DNA of 64,000 bases from Epiperipatus broadwayi (lineage: Eukaryota; Animalia; Onychophora), in NCBI GenBank assembly GCA_028023455.1, contig JAQFVV010000010.1, positions 15,128,001 through 15,192,000 of the forward strand, given 5' to 3'. The notes beneath the pieces were generated by a model. It had not been told where the DNA came from. It ran no database searches and was given only the letters and a program-made list of their open reading frames with translations. The translations under genes were made by a program, and so were the position numbers. Below are positions 52,165 through 64,000 of this stretch, one piece after another (the first letter of the stretch is position 1; every line of letters begins with the position of its first letter).

Positions 52165-53357
52165 TTTTAGCCAACTTTCTTTTTTTAAATGCTCGTTCTG
52201 CCTTATAATAAGCACCTATACATGTTATATTAAAGTATACATTTTAATATGTTCAAATTACACACATATACATTTAAATAATAAATAAAATAAAACACAT
52301 ATTAATTATATAATGCACACAGATAACTAATGAGATCTTTGATTTAAAAGTCTTATTATGAAATCTAAGCTAATGCATGTAGATAGATCATGGAAATTAA
52401 TATTCTATATATGGTTAAATTTAGGATTTGAACATGCAAATAAGGCAACATAGCTTCTGCTCATTCTCCTGATTCCAACCAGTTGGGATGTATAGGAATT
52501 TACTTGCGAATCTTAGCATGGACACTCCAATGATTTCCAGTTTTACACGAACATGATTTCTCCCTCAAACTAACTGCTGATGTTATTGCACAGAGGTTCA
52601 GGCTGGTCACACAATCCAATGGATTCAGCAACACATTCTAGATGATAGGATATTCATTCTGAGATATTTCAATGTATTTAGATCAATTTTGATGAATTCT
52701 GAATAAATAATAATTTTTAATGATTTTTTTTTGAATGCCTGAATGATCTAACAATACATAATCTCCCTTTTATAGCTAGTGTTCCTTATCTGAGGATCAA
52801 TCGAGCAATCTGATGCAATCCTATTGGGCTTTCATTCCTTTTATTTAAGAGTTCAAGCTTCATTCTAGTCCTTCCATTGGTTTTTTTATTTTAATCAAAC
52901 AGTAGTAATTAGTCTCTTTGTTTGTTAATTATTTCCATTGTTTTGATTTTAAGTTTTCAGTTTTTTTATCTGTATTGCATTAGCTTTCTATTTTATCATT
53001 AAAAAATTCCTTTCTTTTAACTATTATTTATAGACACACACATTCCCCATTACAAGACAAAACAAGAGATTTATTTTATTAATTTAAAACTAATAATGCG
53101 TTTTTTCTTTAATTATTATTTATTACCGAAATCTCTCCCGTTCCCCTTTCTTTTGTTCTTTTCCTTTTCTCAAACTTTCATGAAAATCTTTCTGAAATTT
53201 AAACTAACTTTTAAAAATAACATTTTTAAAATTTTCTTTCAATAAAATTCACTCTCATTGACTACTAGAAATATGTAACGACCTACATCGGTACAATAAA
53301 TATATATATATATATTAAGTATAATAATGATCAAGGCTAAATGGGTATATAAATAAC

Positions 53358-53708
53358 CATTAAAATCAATCAACACTTAAGACAATCCCCATATCAATAA
53401 CAATCAACAATATGAAGCTGCTGATTTTGATATTGTTAATTGTTAATGATATTGGGATTGTCTAAATGTTGACTTAAATGGAGGTTGCCTTGACAACAGA
53501 TTGAGATTGTTGATTGTTATTGATATTGGGCTTTCCTAAGTGTTGACTTAAAAATGGAGGTTGCCTTGACAACAGCTTGATATTGTTGATTGTTATTGAT
53601 ATTGGGATTGTCTAAGTGTTGACTTAAGTAGAGGTTGCCTTGACAACAAATTGAGATTGTTGATTGTTATTGATATTGGGATTGTTTAAGTGTTTACTGA
53701 TTTTAATG
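53358..53708. repeat. Foldback element with ~55-bp TIRs and about four tandem 73-77-bp units, in (TA)n context
   Basis: The left end inverts the last unit; units at about 53427, 53501, 53578, 53651. Confidence 0.85.
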
Positions 53709-53754
53709 ATATATATATATATATAATGTTTTTGATTGTATGAACAATATATTT

Positions 53755-56700
53755 AATTTATCATGGTAGACTTTAATGCTAAAATTGGAAAACAACTGAA
53801 AGCTGAAAAAAAATTTTTATTATAGACAGTTGATTTTTCTAATCTTCAGAAATATTCCAGTGAATTTAGGATAGAAAGTGCTAATTATTTTAAAATATTG
53901 ATAGACTTTAAAGATGATTCAAACTTAACTGATATCAGCAAGAAGATAACTGATACTCTACTAAGAACTGTAAAAATAAAAGCTGGTACAAAGAAACTCA
54001 GTAATTTATCAATAAATTTTCAACTGAAATAAGATTATATATAAAATGAGCTATTAAGAAGAATTGAATATCTGGAGCATTGTAAAATAGTATGAAAAAA
54101 AGTTAACCACCATAAATACTACATTTAAATTACAAAGCATTGTAAATAAAGATGTCAGACATGCAAATAAATGTATTAAAAAGAAAAAGTTCCAGAAAAT
54201 GATGGAACAAGTGACAAAATAAAAAAATGGTTGGCAAAACTATATGCTAAATGACAAAGATCTATCACATGATTGAATGATTGCACATTTATCAACCTTT
54301 TATCAGTTTTATACAAACTCTTTATCAATATTATTACAATTCATGGTATAGAAAATTTGGGTTCAAATCAATCAAAAGAACAAGCTGGACTTCATTTTTA
54401 CACAATAGATGAGAGAAATTATAGAAAGGTCCAATAAGTATGTATTGCCATTATACCTTGGATTTATATATTACAAAAAGATATTTGATTTTATAAGCAT
54501 TTTAATAGTGATTAAAGCTTTGGATCATCAAGAGATAATAGACTCAGGAAACTGTCATATTCTGAAGAATATTCACCAAAGTACTACAGCAGTAATTATA
54601 TTTCAAGGTGACATTAAGAAGTTTAACATTGAAAAGGATCTCCATTACTTTTATGCATTTTACAAGAAGTGTTTTGTAAATTAAAATTTTACAAGAAATG
54701 TTTTGCAAATTAAAATGAAGTATTTTGTAATTAAAATGGGAAGTTAATGGAATAAAAATATATGTAGATTATTTAGTTATCTAGATTTTGCAGATTTTTT
54801 TATTAAGGAAAAAAAAACTGCTGAATACCAGCATTTACAAGATTAAATACATTCATTCACGTTATCATAGATTTCAACAAAGTTTTACAAATATTATTCT
54901 TAGAAAACTCTTTCACTTTGCACTTCTTGTTTCAATTGAGTATCTCAATTTTATTTTACAGGACAACTTCTTAGAGGACACTTAGACTAACCTTCTTCTG
55001 CTTCATTATAGAACATTGTCTGTAGATTAATAACTTCACATTTTGTGGATTGTCCAAGCTCATCCACAATTTCACTATCGGGTTGCACAAGTTTTTTGTG
55101 AATTTGAATTGCCATATTCTTTAGGTTGACACTTTTTTGTTTCTGTGACATCATCTGCATGAATTTTCTACTTCCTTCATCATCACTGTCTTCCATCTGC
55201 ATGAATTTTCTACTTTCTTCACCATCACTGTCTTCCATGTTCAACCAATCCTTCATTTCATTCCTATACCTTATTCTTTGATTCTTTTCAATCTTCTCCT
55301 GGGTCATTTTCAGATAATAATCAACTTTGACTAGCCTGCCAGCTCTGTCAGGCTTACTTTTAAATTCAAAATTGTTCCGTAATTCATCTGAAATCCCCTC
55401 CACTTTTTCACTTAGAGTGCAGTCATGCCCCAAGCTTCGAAAGCATTCTTCTTTCTATAAACATTCATATGATTTGAGCTTCGATGAGAGTGGCGAGCTC
55501 TTTTCCACCCAACCACAGTCAGAAGATGCCAAGGCATTATCTTTTGCATTCATTGACTCAACTCCCATCCTGTTATCCAGTTTTGACTCGGCAAATCTAG
55601 TCTTCTTCCTACCCTTGTTCCTTATCAACTTTGCAGTGTCAACCCCAGTCTTTTTTCCTTGTTTACCACTGAAATCAATATTAAACTCTACAATGCTGCT
55701 CTCATCAGTCTGTGAGCCAGAATGTTCCTGATTTTTTCTTTTGGTTCTAAAGATTTGAAACCTGTTTTCTGTTTGAATTGATTCATTAATAGCCAATTCA
55801 GAATCGATGGTCTTCTCTGCATTGTCCAACTAATAGCTCTCCACTAACGTGTCCACTGACCTGTTCTTCTCCTCTTCCATTGTATCTACAGTGCTACACT
55901 GTGGTATCACTAGAGCTGCTTTCAAACCACTTTCTTCTATAGATACTTCTGTCTGGTCTTCTTCACTTCCTCTTTGTGAACTTGCCTGTTAACCCATCAA
56001 TTGTGTCTTCTCAGATCTTAAATCACCTGTACCCTTCAGTAACAGTTCATGAGGTTCAATCCATGTTGGCTGATTCACTGACCATGAGACAGTGCCTAAT
56101 GATGTGCATTTGTGGTACCTATTATTGCTGTTACCACATCTTTGACAGATTTGGTGATCATTATTATATGAATAACACTTCAGAGCTTTTAAAATGTTTC
56201 AAGAATTATTAAATGAAAATTAAAAAGTAAGACTATAGTTAAACATTAAAAAGAGTAATGTTCGGTGGATTAACAATTAGGAATACCTTAGTCAGATTAT
56301 TAACATGGAAGGATAATGGATGAAATTAGACATAGAATCAAACTTGGATGGTTTTACCAATATTTTAATATTAAAAAGAAATACGTATTTGTGGTTCAAC
56401 AGGAAAATATTTTAATAGATATATTTTGTCATTTTATTACTTATGGATTTGAAATTTTAATACTCAGCAGAAGAAAATACAGATTTTAGGGAACTTAATG
56501 AAATATTGAGAAATTTATATTAGGAGTAAGAAAGGGGGATTAAAAGCAAAGTACTTAGATGAGAAAACAAATATTAAGATCTTGAAAAAATTAAGAGATT
56601 GAAATGCTGCTAGGCTTGACATATTTCTAAAAGAGATGAGAATAGGTTGACATATGAAGTCTTAAATTGAATCCCAAGAGATTGAAAATGATTTAAATAG

Positions 56701-56822
56701 AAATCATATATGAGATAAATAGAATAAGTAAAGTGGATATATATCAGAGAAACAAGATTAAACTTAAAAAGAACTTCATCCTGCAGTGGATTTGTAATGA
56801 TCGACAATAATGATGATGATAA
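53755..56822 (+). mobile_element. Decayed RTE LINE split by a ~1.35-kb insertion
   Basis: RT fragment ORF 54409; FAD motif at about 54785; resumes about 56145-56820 with RTE 3' tail and tgatgatgat. Confidence 0.75.
54987..56145 (-). pseudogene. Single disabled ORF (three in-frame stops, no frameshift), charged/low-complexity, ORF1/gag-like
   Basis: ORFs 55829-55455 and 55433-54987 are in one frame, separated by TAG. The frame extends to a CX2CX4(N)X4C-like motif at the edge. About 190-nt 3' UTR ending AATAAA(A)n at about 54795. Confidence 0.5.
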
Positions 56823-59007
56823 TATGCGTAAACATATATAACAATTTAATATTTATTTGTTGTGTCTAATTTCATGTTCATAAATTCATGTTTTAATGTT
56901 ATGTTACATTATAATCATTATTGTTTATTTTTATAAAACACACAAGAACTCTATAATAATTATATTTATAAAGTGCATACTTATTAAGGTGCATATTCTT
57001 AAGGTTTTAGCCTTAACAAAGATCTCTATATGAATTCATTTTACAATTACCATATTTCTAGAAAGCATTCTTTGATGAGAACAGTCTTTTAATAATTAAG
57101 TAAATAGTTATTAAGAGTCTTTTGATAATTATATAAATGGTTACTAATTACTTTTTATTAAGCTACAAGTTATATTTTTTAACTGTAGCTATAGATTTTC
57201 ATTTTTAACCGTTCATGTTTTTGCATTCAAGGGCAACATTCTATATTTTTTAATGCCACAACTATCTGAAATATATTTCAAATATATTGCTATAAACATT
57301 GGAAAAAATATTAAAATGATCTTAATTATGCATTTTATATAAAACATTATTTTTAATTAAATGGTGTCACTTCGCAAGATTGAACATTTAATTTTAAAAA
57401 AAAAATTATGCATATTGTAACGGGATTAGAGTAAGTCCCTTATTTATGTTTACTAGAATGTTAAACACACTAGTGTTAGTGGATGTTGGAATGATGACAT
57501 TGAATATATTTAAACTGAATATCCTAATTAACTATGATGATCAGAATGGATATTCATTAAGTTTATTTATTCTCAATACTAATATAAGCCATATTCCCTA
57601 ATCATCATTCCCATAAAATAGGTTCAATCAAAGAGAAGACCATCCCTGATTACTCTAGACATTTTTCATTTATAATATACCGGTCATATTGCAGATTAGG
57701 ATATCATCTCTGTAATGAGGAATATCTATAGGACAGGTTGAAAACCGTGATGTTAAAGCCCTCTATTCATCCACAATTGGTCAGTTGAACATGACAATAC
57801 TTTACAGCAAAATCACTTTGGTTGATACAAAAAATATGAATCATCATTTATCTCTAATCAAAAATAATATTAAAATACCTCTGTTTTGCAATTATATAGA
57901 TACTGGTGTGAAAACATCATAGTATAAGAACTAGAGACTACTTGCATTGAATAAATGAATTAAATTTATTTTACTATAGTAATTGGATTAGTCATGAATA
58001 TTACATAATATAATATTTTTACCCTTGAAAAAATAATTTTAATACTAAAAATAAATAAATAAATAAAATTCCATTAGAATAAAAATATATAAAAACTTGT
58101 GAACTAGAAAAGAGAGAAAAAATAGTATTTATAGAAATATACTGTTATTCAATTTTAATGGATTCTATTATTTTATAGTTATTTTAAGTATAATATTTTA
58201 TTTTATGCCTATTAATAAAAATAGGGGTAATAAAACCTTACCCATTTTTTACCTATTTTGGATCACATTTTGTATCTTTCGGATTCTTACTGTGGGTGCA
58301 TATATTTAGAGACTTAATTTCACATGGTTTTAAATTTATAAAATCATTCGGTCAGCTGGTTTCTTGGTTATCTTCAATTTATGAGGATATTAGAAAAAGT
58401 ATAATTATGAAAGACTTTTGAGTTTATACAGCTTCAAACTGCAATTATTCAGTTTGGTCAACTTTCTAATCTACCTTTGGTTCATACTGCTTTGGAAGAT
58501 TTAATAGCTAAGGCTGGATTGACTTTAAATACAGTTTCAATATCAGGTAATTGGAATACAATATTACTCTCTCATTTTGCTGATTTTACATGTATATTTT
58601 TTCTCTTTAACATATTATTTAGAAGATTAGCCTTTGGTAAGCTGATGGCTTGGATAAGCAGCAAATATTTTTCAAAAATGATGGGCTTACTTTCAAATTC
58701 TTGTTACATTATAGGATGGATTTAGGGCATTCTATTTACAAATTGATTACTACATCATAGACCAGTCACATTGGATACCATAAATTTAGCCAGCCTTGAC
58801 AAAGATTGTTAAGTAACAGATGATATTTGCTATTAACTTGTGAATGTTTAGGTGAGATTGAAACTTTAGAAGCTTCCACAATGATTCGACTCTTAATATC
58901 TTGATTAAAGTCTTTAATAGCTTTATGTAATTACAAATTTTGTTAGCTTATAATTTATATGGTTAAAAAAATAATATTTTTAATATTAAACTTTTTTTAT
59001 TTTTTAG

Positions 59008-59062
59008 GCTTCTATGTTTAAACACCATAACATTAGCGAAGCTTGGCTTCCTGAGACAACAA
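59008..59062 (+). CDS. Candidate further DZANK1 exon (ASMFKHHNISEAWLPETT)
   Basis: Strong acceptor ctttttttattttttag|, donor AA|gtacgt, phase-0 start compatible with exon 3, open frame. No recognisable sequence similarity. Confidence 0.4.
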
Positions 59063-59257
59063 GTACGTGACAACAATATATAATCCCCTGTGCAATTTAG
59101 CACAATGGTAAAGTGATGAACTTGAGAGCTAAGAATTTCAGGGTCAAAGTTCAACCTATTAACTTTAGGTGTTTGAAAATTGCATGTCATTACTGAGCAA
59201 TTTATTATTCAATAATTTAACAATATGTAATCAAGCAAACTGAATATGTTTTTATAT

Positions 59258-59331
59258 AGTTTAATATAGATCTGAAGTTTGTGATTATGGCAGTTTTAAT
59301 ATAGATCTGAAGTTTGTGATTATGGCAGTTT
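59258..59331. repeat. Tandem duplication, ~35-bp period
   Basis: tttaatatagatctgaagtttgtgattatggcagt twice. Confidence 0.9.
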
Positions 59332-59718
59332 ATTTGTATTATATACTGGACTGTATCCTCATCTAGTTGATTTGTTAAATATTTTTTAAAAATTCAAACT
59401 TTATTTATATTTTTCCAAATATGTTCAACTGATAATAATAACACACAAGCTTGACTAGTGACAGTATAAGATAGGAATTAAACTGGTAATCGTTATAAGT
59501 GCTAGTTATTGTGATTTTAATTAAAGCAGAGAAGAAGCTTAGAGCTATGATGAAGACTGCTGGACAGTCGAAACTGCAAGGAAAATAAAGAAGTTTTTAA
59601 GAAAATTTGTTTGCATTGAAGTGTATATGAAAAAAGTGTTATAAACAATATATATACATTCTAAACAACTAGGATAATCTGTTAAAAGTGATATTCACTA
59701 GAAATTTCATATACTTAC

Positions 59719-59979
59719 CTATGAGAGTCTTATTGATTTCCTAATTTTTATTCTTTTAAGGGAAAAATTAATCAGTTTTTTAACCCAAACATTATAGTTT
59801 AACACACTAGGTTGAATTATTGGATTATTCTGCATTGTTATGTGAGTGGCTTCTTTAAATTTTCTTCTTTTTTTATTCTCTGTGTTCCTGTAATTATTTT
59901 TAATGGGGATATCGGATTTCATTGATATGCATCTTTCCACATCAGATGGCATTACATAAATGCAGTTTTTGTTTTTCAA
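59719..59979 (-). mobile_element. Penelope-like GIY-YIG endonuclease C-terminal remnant
   Basis: KNCIYVMPS...KKRRKFKEATHI...IIQPSV..NVWVKKLI matches the PLE EN tail (RKFKEA.HI...SQPS...IW..LI). Confidence 0.7.
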
Positions 59980-60129
59980 TATTTTGACTGTATATTTTGT
60001 AGAGGTTGTGATTCCTCATAGTGTGGTAGTATTTTATACACAGATCTGATATTATATTAATTACAGATTTTTTTTAGTTTGTCTTACATTTTTGGTATGT
60101 ATATATAATAAGAGCTATAATGTATCCAC

Positions 60130-60520
60130 ACAAACTAGTGATGTCAGACAAAGTGAAGAAAATCTACAATCAATATAATGTCAGAATAGTCTTACTAAGC
60201 TATAGTAAAATGTGAGAAATCATAACATCTACAAAACCTTCACTTGAAATTCTGAAAAGCAGAAGTTGAATCTATAATATATATATATATCAGTGAAACT
60301 AGCCATCTTTTGGGAAATCATTAAAGAACACAAAACAATGATTAGAGAAGAAAAAATAGATGTGTATAAACTAGCAAACCATCAATGTACCAGTATAGGG
60401 GAACATAAAATATTGGATGAAAAGTAAAAAGAAAATTTAAAGAATATGGCAAGAGCAAATAACAAAATAAGTCAACCTAATGCAATAATCATTAATATAT
60501 GGAAAGAACTCATTAATTTT
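60130..60520 (+). mobile_element. Penelope-like GIY-YIG remnant, divergent from the copy at 59719-59979
   Basis: SDKVKKIYNQYNVRI; YISETS...KEHK.MIREEKIDVYKLANH; ISQPN...NIWKELI. Confidence 0.7.
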
Positions 60521-60895
60521 GGTTTTAAAAAAAAATGGAGAAATTAGGAGGATCCTCACAAATAAATATTAAAACCTTTACATACTGTTGCTTTTAGCAG
60601 TATAGACTAATTGGTTAAGGCATAAATTCATAATTTACAGATCTAAATATTAGAGTTCAATTCCCATGTGAGACTGTCATTGGCTAAGCCAACTATATTA
60701 AAGAAGAAAAGAAATTAATACTGTTCAAAACCATGTATTCTATCCTAACCTGTATTTTTACTGATAGTTAAATATATTTGGAAACGTATAAATAAAAAAT
60801 TAAAATTTTCTTAAATTATTTAACATTTCAAGTAGTTTCTGGAAATACTAAAACATATAACTATTAATTTTAATCTAAAATAAGTAAATAATTAT

Positions 60896-60969
60896 TTTTC
60901 TACACAGCTGTTTTAATTTCTGATGAAAACCAGTTTCTGGTTGAAATATTAAAATGGCTGTGTAGAAAA
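60896..60969 (+). ncRNA. Minimal type I hammerhead motif downstream of the PLE endonuclease
   Basis: 22-bp closing stem UUUUCUACACAGCUGUUUUAAU / AUUAAAAUGGCUGUGUAGAAAA; CUGAUGA 60920-60926 plus an extra A; 6-bp stem II AACCAG/CUGGUU; GAAA 60943-60946; stem III reduced to AUAU (possibly CpG-decayed ACGU). Confidence 0.6.
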
Positions 60970-62137
60970 GTAATCATGATTTTGTTTATTTATTTATATT
61001 TTCTTTAATTAGTTAATATATTTATTACTAATTTTAATATATAATTATATTTTGATATTCTGTCATTCTAATTATTAGTGTAAAAAATACTAAAACAGGG
61101 TTTAAATGTAAAATTTAGTAAAATTTATTTATCAGGTATTCTTTCAATGCTCTCACATCATATTCTCGATTATTCTTCTGAAAACATTACTTTTTTGATG
61201 ATTTGAATGCTATTGATTTTTGGTTCATTAAGATCGCAAACGTAAAATAAAAGAGGTATAGTTCATTACACAAAATGAATACATGATGAACTAAAATTCA
61301 AATCAAAAAATTAATGTTCTCAGCAGACTGACCCCGATGATGATACGAGAGCATTGAAAGTATACTTGGTATAATGAATCTTACTAAATTTTATATTTAA
61401 ACTCTATTTTAATGTTTAATTTTAATATATATAATACAATGTAAAAAATATTCTGCATGAAATACTTTTTTAACCTGTTGAGAGTGAAGATTGTTCAAGT
61501 CATCATAGAAACTCATTTAGTATTTCTGTTTTGGGGAATATTAGGTTGAGCCATTTATCATAAAGCTTTATTTAGATCTATGATGAGTAAATTTTTGTTC
61601 TTGCCTTAGTGTTATAATAAGCTTTCGATAACTTCAGACAAAGTGAGATTCATTTTGTTTGATACTTAAACATGAAATTTTCTAAAAGATTTTAACTTTT
61701 GTGTGTGTTGCAGTTTGAATCATATTTTTTATAATAATAAAACTTAAATATTTATTTTTATATATTAATGTGAAAGTCACTTAACCATATCTTATTTAGA
61801 ACAATTTATAAAAATTAACTTACTTTTTGTGGAGAGTTAAATTTTTTTATAAACTAGGGATTGAGAAACATTAATTATAAACAAACAAAAGAAATGACTT
61901 TAACCATGTGCTCACATGGATTTTTTGGTTCAGAGATTAATTCACTTGACAAAATTTAAACTTGCTATCACTTTAGAATCTCGTGTTATGATTTGTAGAG
62001 GTCTCTCTTGCTAAAATTAAGCACTCAAGACACATGTACTAAAGTTTTAGCTTTATATAAGTATTACGTGCTGACATTGCGCTTAATAAGAATTAATATT
62101 TATAACTTTAAATAATAATATTAATGTAATTTAACAT

Positions 62138-62719
62138 TGCAGGAGTGAGCGGTGAAATTTAATCGTGTTATTTTATAGTTTTTGATAGAGACTGAAATCA
62201 GCCAATTGGATGTGAATAGAAAAATGCTTTCGTGATAAGTTAAAACCAATCTTAATATTTATATAACATTATAATTAGCAACAAAATCAATTACAGATTG
62301 GTTAAGACTTCTTGTTAAATATACAAAATTTTAAGACTGAATGTGTATGTGTTTTTGGAATAAAGAAACTAAGATTTAAGAAAAAATTGGGTATACCAAT
62401 CAAGATTACATTGACATCAAGATAACAAATTGCTTTACACTGACCAATAATTTCTTGACTTGTACACACAATTTTTTCTTAAAGTTTAGTTTCTTTATTC
62501 CAAAAACATACATTCTGTCTTAAAATTGGGTATATTTAACAGAAGGTCTAAACCAATCTGTAATTGATTTTGTTGCTAATTATAATGTCAAATAAATACT
62601 AAGATTGGCTTTAACTTATCCCCAAAGCATTTTTCTATTCATATTCACCAAATGACTGATTTTGGATTCTACCAAAAACTATAAATTAACACTATTAAAT
62701 TTCACTGCTAACTCCTGCA
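62138..62719. repeat. Long imperfect inverted repeat (~267-bp arms), spacer duplicated downstream
   Basis: Arms 62138-62405 and 62453-62719; spacer 62413-62455 recurs directly at 62776-62818. Confidence 0.85.
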
Positions 62720-63739
62720 CAGATAAATCGTATTTTTATAAATAATAAATTGTGCTCTTTAATATTATTATTATAGACATCAATGTACCAAATTGCTTTA
62801 CACTGACCAACAATTTCTAAAGGAATTGGGAAGCTTAAATTTCATCACCATATAATTCATTGGTATCAATACTATATTTTGCTTTTGTGCATGATGGTGT
62901 AACTATTTATTTTTCAAAATTACATGGCAATGGCCAAACTGTTATAATACTAATAATTGTTGTACTATATATAGCACTTTTAGCAACAACTTGACCTAAA
63001 TGATCGTTATGGAAGCGTTTTAGCTCTTTCTTTAATATTAATAATAGATGCTTTACTATTTTAAATGAATTACCTTTTCATTATTTTAAAAGTAAACCTT
63101 CATAAATTATCTAGTTTGTTAGGATACACCTGATATTATTTCATTTTCATTTTAATAAATTTAGTTGAATCATTGTTTATCCATTTTATAAAAGTTTCTA
63201 AAAGGAATAGGTACACATTTATTATTTACTTTCCCATGTAAGCAATTGAACCATTTTACATTGCATTTTTAACAGTTAAAATAATTTAAAGTAATTTTCC
63301 TCCCAAAAATATTCCTAAGTATTCTGCAAGGTCTGAATCAGAGAACTCTAAATCATTAGTCTCATTTTTACCTTAAATTGTGTCAATTGTGCTTAGACTC
63401 ACCTGGAAAAACTAAAACCTTTTTGTAATATGTATTTAATTTTATAGACTTTGGATATCAGATTTGCTCTTCCGGAAAATTTCTTTACAGGTTACCAAAT
63501 TGTTCAGAGAATTACCATTACATTATGTTTTTAAATACATACGGCTGATGGCAACGGAATCTTTTCATATCTGCAGTATTGTTCTGGTTACTCAACCGCT
63601 ATAATTCTCAGAATTTTCAACGTCAGTATTATAATGTTACTATCTGTATTTGAAATGTTGCATTTAATAATAATAAAATAACACAGCTGTTGTTACTGAT
63701 AGAGACAATAATATTTTATATAGTATTAACAAATAAATA

Positions 63740-63795
63740 ATACATAAATGCCTAGTGCTTTCGACCTAAATCCTTATCAAGGCAATAAACTGTAT
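63740..63795 (-). ncRNA. Type I hammerhead ribozyme motif with U3-A8 core variant
   Basis: Minus strand: AUACA-guuuau-UGCC UUGAUAA G GAU-uuag-GUC GAAA GCAC UA GGCA-uuua-UGUAU; predicted cleavage between 63753 and 63752. Confidence 0.65.
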
Positions 63796-64000
63796 AGAAA
63801 ACTAATCGATAAATGTCAATATGGCTATTCTGTAGGCCAGGATGAACTAATAGGTAAACTAGTGAATTTATTTTTGCCATATTTGACAAATTGATGACAA
63901 AAATAAATAATTTTATCAATATGACATTGATTTTGCATTTATGAACTATCTTTTATTTCAATTTGTAAAAATTTTTTTTATAATTGTAAGAATATCTTTA

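Noticed and set aside
53420-53700. CRISPR-like array
   Set aside because: Contiguous tandem units without unique spacers; eukaryotic context; no cas genes.
58270-58900. Possible L1/Tx1 C-terminal remnant (minus) and ORF 58477
   Set aside because: Only vague motif echoes across several frames.
59547-59580. AUGAUGA-A-GACUG/CAGUC-GAAA as an active ribozyme
   Set aside because: C3 lost; no U16.1 or stem I partner. Kept only as a relic.
61325-61375. CCGAUGA...GAAA GUAUAC UU GGU hammerhead-like string
   Set aside because: U4 is substituted, stem II does not form, stem I is only 3 bp; equally readable as a small exon.
61620-61645. Minus-strand CUGAAG...UCGAAAGCUU
   Set aside because: Core incomplete and stem II absent.
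853-64000. Most short ORFs in the supplied track (e.g. 853, 5870, 11060, 26797, 33652, 41569, 42059, 46830)
   Set aside because: Low-complexity AT-rich frames, antisense shadows of TE ORFs, or frames inside LTRs and palindromes; no recognisable motifs.

Overview
Very AT-rich eukaryotic (invertebrate, probably arthropod) genomic DNA. Two spliced host genes were recovered by reading exons directly; neither appears in the supplied ORF track. PET117 is on the minus strand (2 coding exons, 15586-15491 and 10785-10642). DZANK1 is on the plus strand (coding exons at 29332, 32669, 34374, possibly 59008; the rest lies beyond the window or was not recognised). The genes are head-to-head around a CpG-retaining region at about 15-16.4 kb. 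Most of the remaining sequence is transposon-derived: a complete but disabled Ty3/Gypsy (Mag-like) LTR element (42128-47320), several decayed RTE and other LINEs, a mariner remnant, tRNA-Val SINEs, several MITEs, and many Penelope-like element (PLE) remnants. The most striking pattern is a dense set of type I hammerhead ribozyme (HHR) motifs in about five short repeat families, many arranged as tail-to-tail palindromes or tandem units. One motif carries a compensatory U3-A8 core variant. All alignments, identities and folds were done by eye, and family names rest on remembered motifs, not database searches.
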